NCBI GenBank assembly: GCA_963667035.1
Contig: OY762964.1
Span: 1,696,001-1,760,000 of the forward strand
Direction: 5' to 3'
Length of the DNA stretch: 64,000 nt
Origin: Candidatus Cloacimonadales bacterium
Lineage (GTDB): Bacteria; Cloacimonadota; Cloacimonadia; Cloacimonadales; JAFGVF01
The notes beneath the pieces are model-generated. The model did no database searches, was not told the DNA's origin, and saw only the letters and a list, made by a program, of their open reading frames with translations. Below are positions 49,305-59,662 of the stretch, piece by piece. A program made the position numbers and the translations under genes. Every line of letters begins with the position of its first letter. The first letter of the stretch is position 1.

Positions 49305-49553
49305 TTATATTTTCAGCGTAGTTGATTTTACTGAGACAGATGGCACTTGCCCTAACTTCCCGGAGAACGCCCCGAGTTCATCATTTGTGAGTTCTACAAT
49401 AAGAAATAGAATTGAGGCATTCTTATCCGGCATTGGGTAACCTGTTCTGAGTCTAATACTGTGTGCAATATCATGGACTAAAGAGTTAACGGGATTATAA
49501 GCTGTTTCTCGGTCAGTAACCGTAATCGTAATTGTTCTAATTAATTTTTCCAT
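49305..49553 (-). CDS. TM1266-like small ACT-fold protein of [FeFe]-hydrogenase maturation operons
   Basis: 82 aa; ITV.DRE....VN.L.H....I..R.G.P...GA.SGKLGQ...V.VK; first gene of the operon. Confidence 0.75.
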   Translation of the reverse strand: MEKLIRTITITVTDRETAYNPVNSLVHDIAHSIRLRTGYPMPDKNASILFLIVELTNDELGAFSGKLGQVPSVSVKSTTLKI

Positions 49554-49620
49554 TAAAAAAACTCCTATTCCGAGGTCGGAATGGAGTTAATCTATCTAAT
49601 ACTCCAATTACTAGAGTAAT
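49554..49620 (-). promoter_or_regulatory. terminator/RBS-sequestering hairpin with alternative pairings in the operon leader
   Basis: AACTCCATTCCG-ACCT-CGGAATAGGAGTTTTTTT-A-ATG; upstream TGGAGT can pair with ACTCCA. Confidence 0.6.
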
Positions 49621-49829
49621 AGCTTTTAGTAATATATCCACCCCTTGACCTTAGTTTTCACCTTAATCTCAGGATTCAATCATATCTGAACTTTATTATT
49701 ACTTCCTAACTGTCAATAACATTTTTAGAAAACAATAACATGCACCGAATACATAATAGTACTAAACTGTTGCTTTTGCCAAATATTATTTATTTACTTG
49801 CATGACATAAGAGTTGTATGATGTAATTC

Positions 49830-50162
49830 CTATTTTAGTGATAATATTATATCCTGAGTGAAAGGAACAACTTTTACGAATTCTTCCATCATCTCACAAG
49901 GATACTCATCGCATTCCGAGCAGTTCTCATAACCTTTTGAGACAACACACTCTCTCATTTTGCAATCACTACAATGTCCTATCTTAACACTGTCTTGCAT
50001 GCAACCAAGACAATTAATGTGTTCCGGTAGAATATCCGCTCCATACACTTTAGACCAATTCTTTGAAGTTGTTCTTCTCAGTTCATCATCATTAGTGACA
50101 GTCGCTTTGTAAGCTTCACAATCTGAGCAGATGAGTCCGCAAGCACCAATAATACGATTCAT
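49830..50162 (-). CDS. DUF3795-like Cys-rich protein
   Basis: ACGLICSDC...C.GC...C..C.MREC...NCSEC.EYPC; ATG at 50162 after GGAGG. Confidence 0.8.
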   Translation of the reverse strand: MNRIIGACGLICSDCEAYKATVTNDDELRRTTSKNWSKVYGADILPEHINCLGCMQDSVKIGHCSDCKMRECVVSKGYENCSECDEYPCEMMEEFVKVVPFTQDIILSLK

Positions 50163-50248
50163 AATTTCCTCCGCTTTCAATGTAAGATTCTAATCAACGT
50201 AACACGAAGCATATTAAGTAACACTTAAAACAATAGCAAGAAATATTT

Positions 50249-51556
50249 TTATTGAATCCTACCAAGAAAAGCTTTTAAATCTGTAATCGCTCTTTCTGAA
50301 TGCTTCTGTTTCTTTAGTTTTTTGTCTCTGATTTTAACTTCAAGTGGAGGTAGGATACCATAATTAGCATTCATTGGTTGAAAATCTTTGACAGGAGTAA
50401 TCTGATGATTCCATAAAGCTCCCGAAATAGTAGTTAAAGGTGGTATCGTCAATCTTTCCAAGATAACTTTACTTACTAATAATCCACTCAAGATTGATTC
50501 AACATATCCTTCAACTCCTGATAATTGACCTGCAATATAGATATGAGGTGCTTTTTTAAGTGAAAAATCCTGATTGATTATTTCCGGTGTATTCAAATAT
50601 GTATTTCTATGAATTGATCCATACCTTAGTATTTCCGCTTCTTCCAGTCCCGGTATTAAGCGAAAAACTTTCTTCTGTTCAGGATATCTAAGCATAGTCT
50701 GACAACCAACCAGATTATAAGCAGAAAAGCCTTTATTCTCTGCTCTTAATTGTAATACGGCAAAAGGACGCTTTCCTGTTCTAGGGTCTTCTAAACCAAC
50801 AGGTCTCATAACCCCAAATCTCAAAGTATCTTTTCCTCTTCTGGCAAGCTCTTCGATAGGAGTGCAATTCTCGTAAAAGTGGTAATCTATATCCTGAAAG
50901 AATTGATTCTCAAACTCGTGAGCAACATGCTTGTCTCCCTCATTTAGAGCTTCGACAAATCTATAATACTCATCCTTATTGAAAGGACAGTTCAGATAGT
51001 CCGCTTCTCCCTTATCGTATCTTGTTTTAGAGAACACAATTTCTCTATTCAAGGATTCTGTACTTACAATAGGAGCAATGGCATCAAAGAAATATAAATG
51101 CTTATTACCTATTGTTTTTAACAAGGAATCCGTCAGAGCTTCTGAAGTCAAGGGTCCGGTAGCTATTACTGTGATTGTTTCAGGGAGTTCTGTTACCTCC
51201 TCATTAACAACAGTTATATTTGGATGATTCCTAATCATACCGGTTACCGTCTTTGCGAAAAGATTTCTATCAACGGCAAGAGCATTTCCTGCAGGTACGG
51301 AATTATTTTTTGCAATATCGAGAAGTTTACAACCAAGTTCCTGCATTTCAGCTTTCAGTAAACCGGAAGCTGTATCTATGAGTGTCGATTTGAATGAGTT
51401 GGAACACACTACTTCAGCAAAAAGATCTGTTTCATGTGCTTCCGTAGATTTTACCGGTCTCATTTCATACAATGTTACATTCCAGTTCGCGTCAGCAAAT
51501 TGCAGAGCTAACTCTGAACCTGCAAGTCCTGCACCTATAATATTAATTTTATTCAC
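50249..51556 (-). CDS. trmFO: folate/FAD-dependent tRNA (uracil-5-)-methyltransferase
   Basis: GAGLAGSE, VCSNSF, FFDAIAP, YLNCP, HRNTY, AGQ.SGVEGY. Confidence 0.93.
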   Translation of the reverse strand: MNKINIIGAGLAGSELALQFADANWNVTLYEMRPVKSTEAHETDLFAEVVCSNSFKSTLIDTASGLLKAEMQELGCKLLDIAKNNSVPAGNALAVDRNLFAKTVTGMIRNHPNITVVNEEVTELPETITVIATGPLTSEALTDSLLKTIGNKHLYFFDAIAPIVSTESLNREIVFSKTRYDKGEADYLNCPFNKDEYYRFVEALNEGDKHVAHEFENQFFQDIDYHFYENCTPIEELARRGKDTLRFGVMRPVGLEDPRTGKRPFAVLQLRAENKGFSAYNLVGCQTMLRYPEQKKVFRLIPGLEEAEILRYGSIHRNTYLNTPEIINQDFSLKKAPHIYIAGQLSGVEGYVESILSGLLVSKVILERLTIPPLTTISGALWNHQITPVKDFQPMNANYGILPPLEVKIRDKKLKKQKHSERAITDLKAFLGRIQ

Positions 51557-53284
51557 TTAATTCTCACTTAAAATTCTTCTGAATTCGGGAGCAAAGGCAC
51601 TCCCCTGATTATTGTTTAAGAAATCAATGATCATTTGATATCGTAAATCAGGATCACTCTCTGAAAGATTTACCAATTGCAGTCTGGCATATTGGCTTAA
51701 CACAGCATCTTCATATTCACGTTCATATATCTCTTTTGCCAGTTCAACTTGACCATATTGAATATAGCTGTCTGCTATAGCCAATAGCACTTCTTCGTTA
51801 GGTTTCTCTCCCAGTAATGATGAATATGTGCCAACAGCTAACTCCGGTCTTATAAGTTTATTCTCACGCCAAGCTTGCATGAATACTTTAAAATCGTCCG
51901 GGTTTAGTTTACCTGATATATCTGCAAGATAGATAGCATCATTAACATTAGAAGTCTGGGGAGTAAGAATTACTAACTCGGTAAGAAGAGAATCAGCTAA
52001 CGGATCTTGTGTATTAAGAGCAATCAAGTAGCCGTAATAGAAACTCTCTTTGAATGTATCGGTTCCATCTTCAACATTTGAAAGCAGATTGCTTAGCCTT
52101 TTCTTTGCCTGTTCAAATTCTCCAAATAAAATCTCATGATAGATAATCTTCTCTTCAACATCATTTCTGTTCTTTCCATTCAAGGCAAATTTCTTAGCTT
52201 CTTCAAAGTGAGAAAGGACTATTTCCTTACCCTCACCTTTGTATAGTGCTAATGTAGCTAGAATCTCACGAGCTTCTCTATTAGCATGACTTCTGTATCT
52301 ATAGCTATCAGACTGTAATACTTTATCTTCCGTAATTTCTTTAAGAAGTCTTTCAGCTTCGTTCAATTTATAAAGACTAAGATTACATCTGGCTCGATTT
52401 ACTTTGGCATCAGCAGCAACAGTAGGATTCAATTTCATCTTATCTAAAGCTTCATAAGCCAAAATTGCGACCTCATAGTTTCCTTTTCGATATTGGTCAT
52501 TAGCAAAATACAGCAGTCTGGAAGGATCTAACTTTTTATATACTTCAAGAGCTTTCTCGTACAGTTCTGTTTGCATCAAAGCTGCAGCATATATCTCTAA
52601 AATCTTAGTATCTTTCTCATCTTCAAGCTCTACTTCCATAGCATCAATCACTCCGCTATCCTTCTTTAGCATCTCGAGGAGAAAGCGTTTTGAAGTGTAG
52701 AAATAACTCGCATTTGTTTTAGTGAGTATAATGTATTCTTTTACAGCTTCATTGATTTTATCCGATTCCCTGTATGCAGTAGCCATATCCATTGCAAAAA
52801 GATAATCATCATTAGCTACTTTTCTAGCCTTATTTATTATTTCTACAGCCTTATCATATTGCTTACCGGCAATAAAGATTCTAGCTATCTCACGATAAAG
52901 ATTCATATTATTTTTATATTCGGCAAACAGGCTATCTGTTACTTTACCTGCTTCTTTGAAGTTTCCTGCAATAATATAGTAGTTTATCTTAGCTTTATAC
53001 AAATCTTTAGACGGAATCGCATCACCGTAATTATCAAGTATCGCTTTTGCTTCTGCACGTTTGTTCAGGGACAGATAAAAGTTAAATGCACCTTTCACAA
53101 CTTCAGGATTATCTTGATGTTTCTCAATCAATTCCTTCCAGATTGATTCCGCTCTATTAAACTGTTTAGCTCTCATATACTGAGTAGCTTGCTGAGTAAG
53201 TACTTTTACTTCATCATAAGTCTGAGAAATCAAACTAAAGCATATAGACAATAGGAGACAGATAATAGTAATTCTATTCTTCAT
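51557..53284 (-). CDS. exported TPR-repeat protein
   Basis: signal peptide and repeated TPR-like helices. Confidence 0.7.
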   Translation of the reverse strand: MKNRITIICLLLSICFSLISQTYDEVKVLTQQATQYMRAKQFNRAESIWKELIEKHQDNPEVVKGAFNFYLSLNKRAEAKAILDNYGDAIPSKDLYKAKINYYIIAGNFKEAGKVTDSLFAEYKNNMNLYREIARIFIAGKQYDKAVEIINKARKVANDDYLFAMDMATAYRESDKINEAVKEYIILTKTNASYFYTSKRFLLEMLKKDSGVIDAMEVELEDEKDTKILEIYAAALMQTELYEKALEVYKKLDPSRLLYFANDQYRKGNYEVAILAYEALDKMKLNPTVAADAKVNRARCNLSLYKLNEAERLLKEITEDKVLQSDSYRYRSHANREAREILATLALYKGEGKEIVLSHFEEAKKFALNGKNRNDVEEKIIYHEILFGEFEQAKKRLSNLLSNVEDGTDTFKESFYYGYLIALNTQDPLADSLLTELVILTPQTSNVNDAIYLADISGKLNPDDFKVFMQAWRENKLIRPELAVGTYSSLLGEKPNEEVLLAIADSYIQYGQVELAKEIYEREYEDAVLSQYARLQLVNLSESDPDLRYQMIIDFLNNNQGSAFAPEFRRILSEN

Positions 53285-56200
53285 TTAGTTTCTCATTAAG
53301 TATCTTTAAGTATTCTTTAATCAATTCTCTATACTCCGGAGGAAATTCTTTATAATCTTTCTTTAGCATAGCTTTGTTCTGTAACTCTTTAAACTTGTAT
53401 TTTATCTCTTCAGGAGTATCCCAATCGTCAAACTCAGAGTTCTCCGCCTTTCTCTTACGGCTAAACTCTCTTTTGTTAATAGATTTCTGGATATCCAGCA
53501 TCCTTGAGACAATTCGCTCCTGCTTCTTAAGTAAATCGGTGTTAAGTCTGTTAGCTTTGAACTCTTTAGCAATCTGTTCCAGTTCTTCAATCAGTTTTTG
53601 GATTGAGCCTGTTTGCTGTTGAGCAGCAGGATTATTCTGTAATGCTCTCTTAAGATTATCAGCTAATCTCTGTTCTTCGGAAGCAAGTCTTTGAATCTGC
53701 TTTCTCATTTCAGAACTCATACCTCCGTTACCCTGCTGTAACTGTTGCATAAGCTGCTGAGTCAACATATTCATTGCCATTTGTTGTTGTCCCATTTGTT
53801 GCATCATCTGCATCAGAGACTCCATACCACTCCCTCCACTACTTGAGGAGCTATTCTGAGTAAGCATTAAATCGTATGCTATTAGATTGATTCCTTTTGT
53901 TATATCCGACAGATAATTCTTAACAACATGGTGTCTGTTTTCGCTAATTTCTCTGAACATTTCACGATAGCTCTGCTCCAAGAAATTCATATCGTAATAG
54001 AATTTCGGAGTAATGAACATACTTAACATAGGAGCTTTAAACATCTCATTCACAGCCATTCCTATTCCTTCGAATATTGCTAATTCTTGTTGCAGTATTT
54101 GGAAAGCATCATCACTGAAAATGTTAACTTGCTTTTCATGCATCTCTGAGAAGAATAATACTTTTCTTAAGCAAACACTTAAAGCTTCACTCATCTCTCC
54201 CGCTCCACCGGCACTCATTTGAGATTTCATGTCCATGAGCATCTTTCTCATCTTCTGAATTTTTTGGGATGCAGCTTGTTGTGATTCTTGAGCAGACTTA
54301 CGATTATTCTGTTGAAGCTGTTGTTGAGAGTTCTCCATATCTTGCATGAGCTCTTGCATTTCTTTCATCTCTTGGAGCTCTTTTAGCTGTTCTGACAGTT
54401 CTTTATCCTTATCTCCTCCAAGCATATCTTGAAGCTTTTGAAGTTCTTGTTTAAGACCTTCAAGTTGCTCTTTGAGTTTCTGCTGTTCTTTTGCAAGTTG
54501 CTCATTATCTCCCGTGTTATCGCCCGTTTTTTCTTCTATCTGCTTTTGGAGTTCTTCCATTTGTTCTGCAATATCAAGAGCTTTTTGAAGTTGCTGTTCC
54601 TTCTTTATGCTTTCCAACAGATCAATTGTCATTTCCAATTTCTTATTGAAATCATCCATTGAGAATTTGAAGTCTTTCATAGCTTTTTTAAGAACATCCG
54701 GATCAAGTTTCTCCATAGCTTTTTGCATTTCCTGCATAGCTTCCTGCATTTGTTCACTATCAAGTTCCTGCATTAGTTGCTGGATTTTCTCCATCTTTTC
54801 TACAGTCTCAGAAGCTAAGGCTTCATTATTTTGTATTTTATCTATCAAGTCCTGATACTGCTCAGTAACCTTATTAACATCTTCCTTTATATCATTTCGT
54901 TCTTCTAAGAACTTCTCTAACTGTTGCTTGTCATCCCATTCCAGTTCATCTTTTTTAAGTAATTCTCTCCTTTTCTCTTCGAATTCTTCCGTCATTTCTT
55001 TAGACTTTTCTAAGACATCTTCCAGATTCTCTCTTTTCTCTTTCTCGGTAGATTCAATTTCTTTGTATATCTCCTCAATAGATGGAAGTCTAAGGAAACG
55101 ATGCTCTGACTCCGATATTTGCGGAACAGGTTTATTATCATCAACTGTAAGCCAATATTCAACTCTATTTCCGGGGAATAGGTCTAAACCTGTTAAGTCA
55201 AAGACATAATCATCTTCCCACAATGTACCATGAATTTGTTTTTTTACATTTCTGGATATGGGTTCCCTATCTTCGATTATGAAATAAAGCATCAGATTAT
55301 CCAATCCGAAATCATCCGACGCTACTATTTGTAATCTTTGTAGCATTGTTTGATTCAATGTTGTATCTGTAGCAGGATAAACAATTTGAATTGAAGGCTT
55401 TTCATCCGGTAACAGAACAATCTCTCTTTCGATATCAATTGTCTCCTGTCCGATTCTATCTTTCAAATTAAGATGCCAAGAATCATTTTGTGTGAGAGTA
55501 AAGGTTGTAGTATAATTCAACGAATCACTCTCTTGCATAACTTTTGATTCTCCTGAGCCAAAAATCATCATTGCCTGCTCAAGCGGAGAGATTACATTTG
55601 CCGTAAGCTTAATCTTGCTATTCTCAATAGCTTTAATACGTCCGGTGGACAAGCTATCGGTAAAAGGCTTCTCTCCCGTATAATCAGGATAGAAGTATTT
55701 AATTGTTAGATTTTTAACTCCGGGTTTCTCCATCAGTACTACTCTAAAAGTATCCGATACGGCATATTTACTTCTTACGTAATATTCAATATTATTCTCA
55801 AGATTGTTATAAGTATAAGAGAAGTCAGTCATATCTACTTGTCGCCACTCTTTAGCAAACCTATATAAGAACTTGTAATCACTTCCAAGATCAGGATTCA
55901 TAATCTTTACTTCCAGATTGCTATGTCTTGGTAGACTCACATTTCCGGGCGAAAGCTCTATGACTTTACTATGTTGTTCTTTAATTAGTTTATCAGTATA
56001 GAAAGCCTGCCAAGCAGTCGGAATAAAACTAAAATTAAGTGCCAATATTATGAATGCCCCAATAAAACCATATAGACTAATCTGCTTTTGCAGTGGATTA
56101 AGCACATCAATCTTATGCTCTACTTGTGACTTTGATTTACTATTAGCATTATCGTAAATCAAGTCTAATATTGCCTCATCATATCCTTGTTTTTCTTGCA

Positions 56201-56528
56201 ACAACTCAATAGCATTTTGAAAAGTCTCATTCTCATCTCCATTTAGTCTATCAAGCATACGAGCAGCTTTAACATCATCCAGTAGCTTGTTCTTCCCGGT
56301 ATAGAATAGATACAGCATAATAAGGGCTACACTTATTCTTAGAGTTAATCCGAAATAGAACATTGGAAATCCACCGGCACGGATTAGACCATAGAGTATA
56401 AAGAATAGTAAGAATGACCATAAGAGAGACAGTAATGCGAGAATAGAGTACCTAATCCCAATAATAGTATTGTATCTCTTTCTAAACTTACGAATTACTT
56501 CTAAGAATATATGCATGTTTATCCTCAT
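53274..56528 (-). CDS. DUF4175-like membrane-anchored coiled-coil protein
   Basis: N-terminal TMs, Ig-like region (ASDDFGL, Y...V.DN), long Q/E/M-rich coiled coil, P.EY..LI.EY tail. Confidence 0.75.
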   Translation of the reverse strand: MRINMHIFLEVIRKFRKRYNTIIGIRYSILALLSLLWSFLLFFILYGLIRAGGFPMFYFGLTLRISVALIMLYLFYTGKNKLLDDVKAARMLDRLNGDENETFQNAIELLQEKQGYDEAILDLIYDNANSKSKSQVEHKIDVLNPLQKQISLYGFIGAFIILALNFSFIPTAWQAFYTDKLIKEQHSKVIELSPGNVSLPRHSNLEVKIMNPDLGSDYKFLYRFAKEWRQVDMTDFSYTYNNLENNIEYYVRSKYAVSDTFRVVLMEKPGVKNLTIKYFYPDYTGEKPFTDSLSTGRIKAIENSKIKLTANVISPLEQAMMIFGSGESKVMQESDSLNYTTTFTLTQNDSWHLNLKDRIGQETIDIEREIVLLPDEKPSIQIVYPATDTTLNQTMLQRLQIVASDDFGLDNLMLYFIIEDREPISRNVKKQIHGTLWEDDYVFDLTGLDLFPGNRVEYWLTVDDNKPVPQISESEHRFLRLPSIEEIYKEIESTEKEKRENLEDVLEKSKEMTEEFEEKRRELLKKDELEWDDKQQLEKFLEERNDIKEDVNKVTEQYQDLIDKIQNNEALASETVEKMEKIQQLMQELDSEQMQEAMQEMQKAMEKLDPDVLKKAMKDFKFSMDDFNKKLEMTIDLLESIKKEQQLQKALDIAEQMEELQKQIEEKTGDNTGDNEQLAKEQQKLKEQLEGLKQELQKLQDMLGGDKDKELSEQLKELQEMKEMQELMQDMENSQQQLQQNNRKSAQESQQAASQKIQKMRKMLMDMKSQMSAGGAGEMSEALSVCLRKVLFFSEMHEKQVNIFSDDAFQILQQELAIFEGIGMAVNEMFKAPMLSMFITPKFYYDMNFLEQSYREMFREISENRHHVVKNYLSDITKGINLIAYDLMLTQNSSSSSGGSGMESLMQMMQQMGQQQMAMNMLTQQLMQQLQQGNGGMSSEMRKQIQRLASEEQRLADNLKRALQNNPAAQQQTGSIQKLIEELEQIAKEFKANRLNTDLLKKQERIVSRMLDIQKSINKREFSRKRKAENSEFDDWDTPEEIKYKFKELQNKAMLKKDYKEFPPEYRELIKEYLKILNEKLNEE

Positions 56529-56530
56529 TC

Positions 56531-56555
56531 AAAAGGGGTGGAAGGTTCCACCCCT
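56531..56555 (-). terminator. intrinsic terminator after the S41 protease gene
   Basis: AGGGGTGGAA-CC-TTCCACCCCT-TTT. Confidence 0.65.
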
Positions 56556-56576
56556 CAAGAATAGTATTATATTAAC

Positions 56577-59500
56577 TTACTTTGTAGACTTTAATTGTTC
56601 TTCCAAGATTTCAATTGCTCTTTGCAATTGCACATCATTATCATTCACAACATCAGAAGGACTCATCTCAACTATAACATCGGGTTGAGCTCCATTACCT
56701 TCCATATTTGTCATGTTTTTATCATCCAACCACCATCCGTTTCTCGGCATTCTCATTGACGAACCGTCCATCAGGTCATGAGGAACTGTTCCGATTACCG
56801 AGCCACTGGTTGGAACACCAACGATTGTCCCTAAATTCAGATGCTTGAATATATGGGGGAATATCTCACCGTCACTAAATGAGCCTTGGTCAATCAGTAG
56901 AACTATAGGTTTATCGAATACCTTACCGGGTGCTTTATATTTACCTGTTCCCATCCATCTGCTACTTTCCCAAGCATACTGTTTTTTGGTAATAACTTCC
57001 AGGATCTTGTCATGGACACGACCACCGGAATTACCTCTAAAATCTAAAATTAATCCTTTCTTTGAATATTCGGTACTAAACAAGTCCTCAACAAATTTAT
57101 CATAATCCGATTCACTCATAGCTTTCACATGGATATAACCTAGTTCAGGGTCTACAGCTTTAACCTTTCTCTTTCTGGTTTCCACCCAATCATTGTACCC
57201 TAAGTAATACTGTTCAGACCAACTTAGACATTTAATCTCGGCATTTATAATCTCATTATCCTGTTGAATTATCAACTTGAGTTTCTTCTTATACTGATCT
57301 CTAAGTAAAGGTTCAATTTCGGTTTCTCTAGTAATATCAGTACCATTTATGCTTAACAACAAAGCTCCGTCATTGACTTTATAAATCTCGTTTAGAGCAG
57401 AATACAGATAAACTTTTCTAAGAATTATACCTTTCTTTGGTCTATTCTTCCAATCAAACTTTGCCCCAATCATTCCAAGCTTGTATCTATGTAATGAACT
57501 GCTACGTCTTGGATAGAATCCGGTATGAGAAGCGTTAACTTCTCCAATCATCTCTTCAACAATATCGGATAATAATGAGGGTTTATACATATAGTCGGTA
57601 TATGGGTAATACTTTTCATAAGCTTCTTGCCAATCAATATCGTGCATATCCTGATCATAGAAACCTCTACCAAAGTCACCCCACACTTCTTCAAAGACCT
57701 TCTTGTTTAGGTTCAATTCATTGTAATGATAATCAAAAGAAGCTGTAATCTCTTTTGAACTTCCACTGTTTAAATCAACTTTAAACAATCTCTGACCACC
57801 AACAAAATAGATATTGTTTTTATCGAAGTTATACTCAGAATATCTCCAATCGTAGTTAAATGTATATATTAACTTTTCATTTTTCCCTTGGTAGTTAGTT
57901 TTGTATAGTTCCTTACCTTGCCAATAATAGAGTATAGAGTCATTCCTTACAGTAAATATACCGGGCCATTTGTCCTTTTTAACTATCGGAGTAATTCTTT
58001 TATCCAAATTATCCCAATCAATGGCTATATCTTCCATCTTTTCATTTTTACTTCTTAAAGAATCGGCAACTAGTATATCTTCCCAATAATTATGCTCAAA
58101 CTTAAACTCTTCAACAGGACTTAAATCCATTCTACAAAGAACATTGTCATTCGCAAAGAAAACCGAGTTATTATCTAAACCCCAAGTTATACTACCTATC
58201 CAATCGTTATCAGAGAAAATGACTTTATCCCATCCCGTTTCGAACTCGTAAAAATGTACTTGAGAGTTCCAAACATTAGTGTCTCTGGTCATGTATAAAG
58301 CATATTTGCCATTTTCTGATATTTCAAAATTGTACCATGGAGTATTATCCTTCTCGATTATAGTAAAATTGGTAGCGGTAGAGTCCATAATTGCTAATCT
58401 GTTTACTTTATCCTTACCTGAAGAATACTCGACAACATATTGCTTCTTTGTAGCAAGGTTTATATTATCTATATGTTTGTCTTCAGACCATTTTACCGGA
58501 ACAATCTCATCCGGATTCTTAATGTTAACCGTATACATCCTATTCACGCCTTTATCATAAGCTGTAAATAAGATTGTTACATTATCGGGAAGAATGAATA
58601 TATCGTGAATTCCTCTTTGGTCAAAAGTCAATTGTTTAACTTCTCCACCCTTAACAGGCATAGCAAAGAGGTCATATTTATAATTAAATGCTAAAAGCTT
58701 CTCATCCGAAGAAACGGCAATATTCTTGAATTTATTTCTAACAGATTCATACTTATCCAAGTCATACCATGTATCCTCTTCAATCTCAATATCAATCTTA
58801 GAAAATTTATTCAATACTGCTTTAGGATTATAACGCCATATCTCATCGAATAATTCAAAGACTATTCTGTCATTATCTACTGCTATGTCTATATCTCGTA
58901 CAGACCATTCGTCGAAGTTTGAAAGCTTCTTGGGAGAACCGAAGTCTCTGTTATCAACACAGTAGAGTTGGAATATCTTACCGTCGGAAGCGGCAAAATA
59001 GATTCTATCACTGTTATGGGAATAAACGGGATAACGTTCTGTAGTAGGAGTTTGAGTAAGTCTTGTAAATTTATCCAGTTTACTATCGTATTCCCAGAGA
59101 TCTCCATTTAGACTGCCTTGATAAGATTCTCTGAAAGGCATCCCTTGTTTATTGAATATAATCTTATCCCCTGATGGGCTTGGATAGGAGTAGCTATCTG
59201 TGTATGGATTAACAAGTTCCATGCTCTTTCCATCTAGTGAAAGCTTCATGTTTAAATTGGGTTTCCCGTATGGCTCCCGCTTACTTACAAGTAAGGATTT
59301 ACTGTCAGCATACCATCCATCCAGACTGATTGAGCAATCTCTAATCAGTCTTGCTTCTCCCCCTTCGGCAGGCATTACATATACTGAGTTTCCACCATTT
59401 CTGTTCGAATTAAATGCTATCCACTTCCCATCTGGAGATATCGCGGGGCCACTCTCATAAGATTCGGAAAAACTTATCCTTTTTGCTTCTCCACCCTTAA

Positions 59501-59648
59501 ATGGAACCAACCATAAATCTCCCATATAAGAGAAGCATACGGTTTCTCCATCAGGTGAGATTGCCGGATCATCCATAAAGTGAGGTTCATAAGCAAAGCT
59601 AACACCAACCAAAACAAGAAATACCAATAATAAACAGACTTTTCTCAT
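56577..59648 (-). CDS. tricorn-like S41 protease (beta-propellers, PDZ, S41)
   Basis: PAISPDG repeats, NASHTG, LDFRGNSGG, SFSDGE, MEGNGAQPD. Confidence 0.88.
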   Translation of the reverse strand: MRKVCLLLVFLVLVGVSFAYEPHFMDDPAISPDGETVCFSYMGDLWLVPFKGGEAKRISFSESYESGPAISPDGKWIAFNSNRNGGNSVYVMPAEGGEARLIRDCSISLDGWYADSKSLLVSKREPYGKPNLNMKLSLDGKSMELVNPYTDSYSYPSPSGDKIIFNKQGMPFRESYQGSLNGDLWEYDSKLDKFTRLTQTPTTERYPVYSHNSDRIYFAASDGKIFQLYCVDNRDFGSPKKLSNFDEWSVRDIDIAVDNDRIVFELFDEIWRYNPKAVLNKFSKIDIEIEEDTWYDLDKYESVRNKFKNIAVSSDEKLLAFNYKYDLFAMPVKGGEVKQLTFDQRGIHDIFILPDNVTILFTAYDKGVNRMYTVNIKNPDEIVPVKWSEDKHIDNINLATKKQYVVEYSSGKDKVNRLAIMDSTATNFTIIEKDNTPWYNFEISENGKYALYMTRDTNVWNSQVHFYEFETGWDKVIFSDNDWIGSITWGLDNNSVFFANDNVLCRMDLSPVEEFKFEHNYWEDILVADSLRSKNEKMEDIAIDWDNLDKRITPIVKKDKWPGIFTVRNDSILYYWQGKELYKTNYQGKNEKLIYTFNYDWRYSEYNFDKNNIYFVGGQRLFKVDLNSGSSKEITASFDYHYNELNLNKKVFEEVWGDFGRGFYDQDMHDIDWQEAYEKYYPYTDYMYKPSLLSDIVEEMIGEVNASHTGFYPRRSSSLHRYKLGMIGAKFDWKNRPKKGIILRKVYLYSALNEIYKVNDGALLLSINGTDITRETEIEPLLRDQYKKKLKLIIQQDNEIINAEIKCLSWSEQYYLGYNDWVETRKRKVKAVDPELGYIHVKAMSESDYDKFVEDLFSTEYSKKGLILDFRGNSGGRVHDKILEVITKKQYAWESSRWMGTGKYKAPGKVFDKPIVLLIDQGSFSDGEIFPHIFKHLNLGTIVGVPTSGSVIGTVPHDLMDGSSMRMPRNGWWLDDKNMTNMEGNGAQPDVIVEMSPSDVVNDNDVQLQRAIEILEEQLKSTK

Positions 59649-59662
59649 TATTCTCCCTTATA

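Noticed and set aside
49575..49610. Fluoride-riboswitch-like words (ATGGAGT...TAAT.ACTCC) on the + strand, and a TPP-like CTGAGA further upstream on the minus strand
   Set aside because: The fluoride-like words are on the wrong strand for the operon, and the other conserved elements of both families are missing.
53600..54800. CTG/TTG-rich quasi-repeats
   Set aside because: Reflect the Gln/Glu/Met coiled coil of the DUF4175-like protein.
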